Assembly: GCA_041649715.1 (NCBI GenBank)
Contig: JBAZMP010000002.1
Coordinates: 132,964 to 196,963 of the forward strand
DNA length: 64,000 nt
From: Patescibacteria group bacterium
GTDB lineage: Bacteria > Patescibacteriota > Patescibacteriia > JAXHNJ01
Direction of reading: 5' to 3'
Shown here: one piece after another, positions 58,973 to 64,000 of the stretch
How the letters are laid out: every line of letters starts with the position of its first letter
Numbering within the stretch: position 1 is the first letter of the stretch
Position numbers and translations under genes: made by a program
The notes under the pieces: generated by a model
Databases searched by the model: none
What the model was told of the DNA's origin: nothing
The model's input: only the letters and a program-made list of their open reading frames with translations

Positions 58973-59000
58973 TTATTCAGAAATATGTTAGAATAATTAT

Positions 59001-59462
59001 ATGGACCCAAACGCCATTAATTTTTTAAGAGATTCGCTGGCTCACCACCATAATTTGAGGAATTCTTTGGACGGCAAAGCCTCTTTTTTATTGGCCATTG
59101 CCGGGGTGGTTTTCGGCTTAAGCGTTATCAGACTGGAAAAAGTCCAGTTTGTGGTGATTGCCATTACCGCTTTTCTGACCATTCTTTTGACGGTCTTCGC
59201 CGTCTTTCTGCCTTACCGCGGGAAAATGAAAGAGAAAATCGGCCTGATGTGCTGGTGGGGTTTCGCCGGAAAAAGTTATGAAAGCTACCAGGAAGAAGTT
59301 AATCGAGTTATTAAAACTGACGAAGCGATTGCCGACGAATATAAGAAGGAGATCTGGAATCTGGCCAATTATTCTCTAAGACCGAAGTCAGTCTTGCTGA
59401 AATGGGCGAGTTTCGTTCTGACGGTCGGGCTTTTGGCCGGGTTTGTTCTGTTTTTCGTTTAA
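59001..59462 (+). CDS. Small 3-TM membrane protein (153 aa) with an N-terminal amphipathic helix; resembles 2TM/SLATT-type effector architecture
   Basis: Helices ASFLLAIAGVVFGLSVI, FVVIAITAFLTILLTVFAVFL and ASFVLTVGLLAGFVLFFV. Sits immediately upstream of the primase-fusion gene. Confidence 0.45.
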   Translation: MDPNAINFLRDSLAHHHNLRNSLDGKASFLLAIAGVVFGLSVIRLEKVQFVVIAITAFLTILLTVFAVFLPYRGKMKEKIGLMCWWGFAGKSYESYQEEVNRVIKTDEAIADEYKKEIWNLANYSLRPKSVLLKWASFVLTVGLLAGFVLFFV

Positions 59463-59606
59463 ATAATAGAATCAAAATAGCCGAATTTTAGGGCTATTTT
59501 TTTGTTTGACTAAAAATCATTCTTATGGTAAGAAACATTAACGCCCTTTGACAGTTTTATAATTTTTCAAGTCACAAAACACAGAAATCTTCAAGAAAAC
59601 AAGGAG

Positions 59607-62501
59607 GTGGAGATGGAAGAGAATCATGGTTTTAACCTGGAAACGCCCCTGGCTGTGACCCCTGATGATATTAAGAGCATTTCTGATCCATCTCCGCGTT
59701 TTCGGAGCTGGGCCTGGCAAATGTATCTTCGCCGCGAGCTTAACCTGATCGTGGAGGCGGTCATCTGGTTGGGCAAAGCGGCCAATATCATCGAAGCCCT
59801 TGCTTATCTTAACCGTCTGACGGTTGAGTATCCGGAAACCGAGCTGAAGGTCGTGGTCAAGGATCTGGAGAATATCCGAGATCCCGGCCCGAAAATGGTG
59901 AAGCTAAGAACCCTCGTGAGAGGGATCAGAGCCAAAGCGAAGGATCCGCAGCTCACGCGCGGCGCCTTGACGCATCAGGCGGTCAATGACCTTTTTAGCG
60001 GTCGGCTGATGTCTTCCGGCGGGAGAAGAACCGACAAGACTTCTTCTCAGCTTGAATTGTTCAAGCTTGAGAAAAGCCGTCAGATTCTTCTTTTTGATGA
60101 ATTCGCCGAGGAGTCAGTTCAAAGCGAAAAATCGGAAAAAATGCGTCTGAGCCGCACCCGAGTGCTTAATCGGATTCAGCATCACTGGAAAGTGATAAGG
60201 TCGGCCATCGAAAAGCAGGGTTGGCCGGCCTGGCGACGGAAAAGGCGAAACGTCAATTGTCTGGAAAAATGGCTGGCGATTCTTTTCGGCGAACACGCCG
60301 TTAAGCTTGGCGCCGAAGTAGGCTTCGGCGAACACTTTAAGGTGTTGACCGAGCTGACTTGGGCCGCCGCCGCGAGCTATTGGCTGAGAGAAAGACAAAG
60401 GCCGATGATTTTGTTCCGGGAGATAAACGTGATTGCCTCGCGTCATCACCTTGGCGGCGGACGCATTGACGCTCTTGAGGTGCGTCGCATCGGCGGAAAG
60501 TTGCCGAATCGGAGGCAAGACCGGATACTTACCGAAATGAGCCGTAACCGCTATAAATCCGTCGGCCATCTGATCATGGAGCTTGGCAAACGCTTTGACC
60601 AGCCGGTTGAAGTGACGGTCATCGACTGGAAATCTTTGGTCGGCGACGTGGTCACCGGGGATAAAGAATGGTCTTCGACGGATTTAAAAAAAGAACCCCA
60701 ATTCGCCGATCAGGAACAGATGAAGAGGTATCTGACGCTGATCCCTCTGGATTGCTACTTGGTCGGTCAAAAAGGTGAGCTTTGGCGACCCGAAGACGTG
60801 ACTCTGCGCGGGGAACTCTGGTATTTGATGCCTGACCAGGCGCCCATTGTTCATGAAGTGAGCATGGCCGTCGAGCAAATGCAGGATTATTTTTTGAATT
60901 ACGTCGTGCTTGAGTGGCCCGAAGCTTCCCGGCGGGCTTTGGCCAGGGAAGTCAATAACATTTTCCTTCGCCATCTGGTCGAGATCCATGAAAAAGGGGA
61001 AAGTCGCCCGAAGAAAGGAGCTTTCGGCAATAATCATAACGGGAATCAGGCTCTGCCACTTTTCCCGGAAGAAAAAGTAAAAGTCGTGTCCGTCCGGGAG
61101 ATAATCCGAGCGCATCGGGATAAATATCCGCTCTTTGCCGACCGCCGGCAGATTCTCCAGATTGTGGGCAAGCGCCGCAAGACAGGGACCCATAAATTGG
61201 AGATGAATTACAGCAAGCTGCTAGAGGCCATGGCAAAAGGGGAGGTAAAAACCTACAGTTGGTCGGATCCCGCCCAGCCTTTTACCGTGCAGTGCCTGAT
61301 GGACGATCACCGGGATTCTGACCCTTCCATGCGTATTTATCCCGACTGGTTACGTTTCTGGTGTTTCGGTTGCCGCACGGGCGGAAGCATTGCCATTGAA
61401 TCCGTGCCGGGCGACCTCGCCAATCGACTGGCGCCAAAATGGCAGGAAATCAGCCGCCAGCCCACTAAGCTTGACTGGTCGGTCTTGCCGGTTATTCCCG
61501 AAGAACATGACCGGATTATGCGCCGCGCCCAGCAGTTGCTGGCCTTATCTTTTTGGCCTAGTCCGGCGGTGGAATATCTGCGTCAAGAAAGGAGAGTAGA
61601 TCCTTCCCTGGCTTATGAATACGGCGCGGGTTACGGCAATAACAGCTTGATCATCGGGTTGATGAGTGAAGGTTATTGCTTAGATGATCTGATCCGCTAC
61701 GGATTCGTAAAAATCACGCCTAATTTCTGGCGGGCCAGCAGTCTGATCGGATTGTTGCAGGAAGAGTTCGGTCTTTCCGCTCAGGAAATCACGCGCGAGT
61801 ACTTATCTAAGAAGACTCAGCGGACGGAAATTGGTTATCCCTATTCAGTTCTGGCTGGCCGCGTGACTTTCCCTTTGAAGCTTGAAGGCAAACACACCAA
61901 TTTCTATGGCCGGATAATTCCGCCTACAGAGGAGATGCTGACGCACATCAAGCTTTCGATGCTGGGCGAAAAAGTCGTCCAGGGCGGCTTCAATACCGAC
62001 ATTCTTTTGTCAGACGCTAAGGAGGTGAAATTTGCCGAAGCGGTCATTGATACTCTGACCTTAGCCCAGATGGGTTATCGGAACGTGATCGCTTTGGTCG
62101 GCACCGAGAATGTCGAGATTCTCAAAGCGGCGATCCGGGCCCGCAAGAATATTGGCTTGTCCCTTGATTACGACAAGTTCGGCCGGAAGCTGACCCTGAG
62201 GACGATCAGGCGTTATTTGGCCACGGTGAATTTGGGCGGCGAAAAAGTCTGGCGGGAAATTGATCAGTATGTCCGCGAGATTGAAGAAGCGATCAAGAGG
62301 GAGGAAACGGGAGAAAAAGAAGCTCTTCATTTCGGGGAATATTTCCGCCGGCTGGGTTACCTGGGGATTGAGGATTTCACCGCTAGATTCGTGGCTGACC
62401 ATCGGGAATGTCTTGGTCGTGAATTTGATTTCAACACCTGGTGGCAGAGATTCGGTTGTCAAAACGCACCTTTATCTTGGGAGGAAGACAATAACGCGTA
62501 G
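59607..62501 (+). CDS. 964-aa fusion protein: unknown ~560-aa N-terminal region + complete DnaG-type primase (CHC2 zinc finger, RNAP core, TOPRIM)
   Basis: AAGGAGG Shine-Dalgarno. CLMDDHRDSDPSMRIYPDWLRFWCFGCRTGG parallels the dnaG zinc finger at 53876. TFPLKLEGKHTNFYGRIIPP parallels LLFPIANVHGEIIGFSGRLI. A TOPRIM-like block is AVIDTLTLAQMGYRNVIALVGTE...SLDYDKFG. Confidence 0.6.
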   Translation: MEMEENHGFNLETPLAVTPDDIKSISDPSPRFRSWAWQMYLRRELNLIVEAVIWLGKAANIIEALAYLNRLTVEYPETELKVVVKDLENIRDPGPKMVKLRTLVRGIRAKAKDPQLTRGALTHQAVNDLFSGRLMSSGGRRTDKTSSQLELFKLEKSRQILLFDEFAEESVQSEKSEKMRLSRTRVLNRIQHHWKVIRSAIEKQGWPAWRRKRRNVNCLEKWLAILFGEHAVKLGAEVGFGEHFKVLTELTWAAAASYWLRERQRPMILFREINVIASRHHLGGGRIDALEVRRIGGKLPNRRQDRILTEMSRNRYKSVGHLIMELGKRFDQPVEVTVIDWKSLVGDVVTGDKEWSSTDLKKEPQFADQEQMKRYLTLIPLDCYLVGQKGELWRPEDVTLRGELWYLMPDQAPIVHEVSMAVEQMQDYFLNYVVLEWPEASRRALAREVNNIFLRHLVEIHEKGESRPKKGAFGNNHNGNQALPLFPEEKVKVVSVREIIRAHRDKYPLFADRRQILQIVGKRRKTGTHKLEMNYSKLLEAMAKGEVKTYSWSDPAQPFTVQCLMDDHRDSDPSMRIYPDWLRFWCFGCRTGGSIAIESVPGDLANRLAPKWQEISRQPTKLDWSVLPVIPEEHDRIMRRAQQLLALSFWPSPAVEYLRQERRVDPSLAYEYGAGYGNNSLIIGLMSEGYCLDDLIRYGFVKITPNFWRASSLIGLLQEEFGLSAQEITREYLSKKTQRTEIGYPYSVLAGRVTFPLKLEGKHTNFYGRIIPPTEEMLTHIKLSMLGEKVVQGGFNTDILLSDAKEVKFAEAVIDTLTLAQMGYRNVIALVGTENVEILKAAIRARKNIGLSLDYDKFGRKLTLRTIRRYLATVNLGGEKVWREIDQYVREIEEAIKREETGEKEALHFGEYFRRLGYLGIEDFTARFVADHRECLGREFDFNTWWQRFGCQNAPLSWEEDNNA

Positions 62502-62613
62502 ACTCGTTTGGTTTATTGCCAAATGGTTCTGCGCGTTTTTTTATGGGCTTATTATTGTAATATTGGGCCGATTCTTTTATAATTATCTGGTGATATAATT
62601 AAATATAAAACCT

Positions 62614-63111
62614 ATGAAAAAATCTGTTATTTTCGCACTTTGCCTGTTGGCGGGCACCGCTTTGATCCTGACCGGCTGCGGCAAAAGCGCGGCGGAAAAA
62701 GCCGCCGAAAAAGCAGCGGAATCGGCGACCAACGGCCAGGCGGATGTTGATTTGAGCAATCAGAAGATAACGGTAAACACCAACGGATCCACGATCGAGG
62801 TCGGCGGAGATATCGCTTTGCCCTCCGGTTTTCCGGAAGATGTTTATGTCGTTGACGGCACCATCAAGTCGGCTTCCACGGTCAACGAGGGCAAGGGTTA
62901 CAGCGTCATGATCGAAACAAATCAGAGTGTGGCCGATCTCAAGGATCTCTATGACGCAAAGCTGAAAGAGGAGGGCTGGAATATCACCTTCAGCATGAAC
63001 TTGGGCGACAGCTTCACCATGGCTGCGGAAAAGGGTAACCGTACCGCCAATGTCACTCTCGGCCAGGGAGAAGAAGCCAATACCGTCCTTATCGGGACAA
63101 GCGAAAAATAA
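62614..63111 (+). CDS. Putative lipoprotein (165 aa)
   Basis: Signal peptide with an L-T-G-C lipobox. Confidence 0.55.
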   Translation: MKKSVIFALCLLAGTALILTGCGKSAAEKAAEKAAESATNGQADVDLSNQKITVNTNGSTIEVGGDIALPSGFPEDVYVVDGTIKSASTVNEGKGYSVMIETNQSVADLKDLYDAKLKEEGWNITFSMNLGDSFTMAAEKGNRTANVTLGQGEEANTVLIGTSEK

Positions 63112-63205
63112 TATTTTACCGTCTATGTTAATAAATTGCCTCTTTTCAAAGAGGCGATTTATGGTTAAGATTACGACATTGATAAGGTAACAATATTTTT
63201 GATTT

Positions 63206-63685
63206 ATGAACAGTGCCATAAAAAAGGGTTTCGGCTTCGGCCTGACTTCTGGCGTCATCACCACCCTGGGGATGATCGTCGGTTTACAAGCCGGCACCGG
63301 TTCGAAAACGGTGGTCTTGGGCGGCATTTTTATCATTGCTTTAGCCGATGCCCTTTCTGATGCCTTGGGCACGCATATTTCTGAAGAATCGGAAGACCAG
63401 CATTCAAATAAAGAAATTTGGCAGGCGACTTTCGCCACGTTCGTCGCCAAGCTGATAGTTGCTCTTACTTTTGTCGCGCCCGTGCTTTTATTCAGTTTGA
63501 CGACGGCTATCTGGATCAGTATTGTCTGGGGTCTTTCCCTGATCATAATTTTCAGTTATTTGATTTCCCGCGCTCAAGGCCTTAAGTCGGCGGCTTACGT
63601 CGTTTTTGAACATCTGATTATCGCGGTTTTCGTCATTATCGCCACCCATTATATCGGCGACTGGGTGAATAAGATTTTCGTGTAA
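63206..63685 (+). CDS. VIT1/CCC1-family (vacuolar iron transporter-like) membrane protein
   Basis: GLTSGVITTLGMIVG...ALADALSDALG signature and five TM helices. Confidence 0.65.
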   Translation: MNSAIKKGFGFGLTSGVITTLGMIVGLQAGTGSKTVVLGGIFIIALADALSDALGTHISEESEDQHSNKEIWQATFATFVAKLIVALTFVAPVLLFSLTTAIWISIVWGLSLIIIFSYLISRAQGLKSAAYVVFEHLIIAVFVIIATHYIGDWVNKIFV

Positions 63686-63737
63686 AGAATATTTATCTTG
63701 AAGTTATATTAATGATATGCTTTGTTTTTTTCGTATA

Positions 63738-63775
63738 AAAAACAGGGGTTCGTCACGCTTGGCGTGACTCGCCCC
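63738..63775 (-). terminator. Hairpin gtcacgcttggcgtgac flanked by gggg/cccc, with a T-run on the minus strand
   Basis: Lies downstream (on the minus strand) of the partial ORF. Confidence 0.5.
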
Positions 63776-63793
63776 CGATTGTCGTTTGTCTGT

Positions 63794-64000
63794 TTACTCC
63801 TCGATGGAAAAACCTTGCTTTTTGGCTATTGCTTCCACGAGCATCTTGTTTTTTGAAGCGCCTCCGTGGAAGGTTGAAATTGCGTCACTGATCTTACCTC
63901 TTTTATGCCAAGGCTTTCTCACCGCTTCAGCCAGATTGTCTGCCAATATCCACAGCCTTTTGTACCCTCCGAGGATATCTTCAATGTACCTTTGTGCATT
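63794..64000 (-). CDS. 3'-partial ORF (C-terminal 68 aa visible; N-terminus beyond the window), unknown function
   Basis: Open minus-strand frame ending ...GGASKNKMLVEAIAKKQGFSIEE*, with a terminator just downstream. Confidence 0.3.
   Translation of the reverse strand, partial: NAQRYIEDILGGYKRLWILADNLAEAVRKPWHKRGKISDAISTFHGGASKNKMLVEAIAKKQGFSIEE

Noticed and set aside
62599-63546. 315-aa minus-strand ORF overlapping the lipoprotein and VIT-family genes
   Set aside because: Antisense to two well-supported plus-strand genes (one with a lipobox signal peptide, one with a VIT signature), and it has no RBS.
1-64000. Search for CRISPR arrays, rRNA genes and large integrase or transposase genes
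   Set aside because: No regularly spaced direct repeats, no rRNA-like segments, and no complete recombinase ORF were seen. The only transposase-like candidate is the truncated ORF at the 3' edge.

Overview
This 64 kb window reads as a bacterial chromosome segment of roughly 45% GC. Its gene style (many small membrane proteins, RNase J, a bacterial Elp3 homologue) would fit an uncultivated, reduced-genome lineage, but I cannot assign taxonomy from sequence alone.

The housekeeping backbone is clear. I recognise ftsK (5'-truncated), a RodZ-like gene, recA, efp, the rpsF-ssb-rpsR operon, ychF, folD, glyA, an elp3-like gene, murI, trpS, rnj, a peptide-ABC substrate-binding protein, secG, uvrC, uvrA, a CIRCE operator followed by groES-groEL, ppsA, a rubrerythrin / reverse-rubrerythrin / desulfoferrodoxin oxidative-stress cluster, dnaG-rpoD, and four tRNAs: Leu-CAG, Ser-GGA and two Asn-GUU-type genes.

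Interleaved with this backbone are several compositionally deviant or structurally odd segments that look accessory.

- **15.0-17.5 kb:** an array of small genes, each with its own strong Shine-Dalgarno, separated by a duplicated terminator+promoter module.
- **34.0-35.2 kb:** a high-GC DHH-phosphoesterase gene.
- **46.75-47.9 kb:** an AT-rich stand-alone paralogue of the alanyl-tRNA-synthetase catalytic core, sitting directly next to tRNA-Ser and a tRNA-Ser fragment studded with GC-rich mini-hairpins.
- **50.2-52.7 kb:** MITE-like inverted-repeat elements scattered through the oxidative-stress cluster.
- **53.1-53.9 kb:** an AT-rich gene carrying an Rx4H (HEPN-like) motif, wedged in front of dnaG.
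- **56.9-62.5 kb:** a tRNA-Asn-centred locus. It holds an atypical tRNA-Asn followed by a hairpin-riddled partial duplicate, a palindromic operator, a possible Asn-codon-rich leader peptide with alternative stems, a 17-bp perfect inverted repeat bracketing the canonical tRNA-Asn, three small genes (zinc-ribbon, very basic, 3-TM), and a 964-aa protein that fuses an unknown ~560-aa N-terminal region to a complete DnaG-type primase.

The tRNA-Asn locus at 56.9-62.5 kb is my best candidate for an undescribed mobile, defence or replication system. The AlaRS-core paralogue at 46.75 kb is second.

I found no CRISPR array and no rRNA. Every functional call rests on motif recognition from the translated ORFs; no database search was possible.
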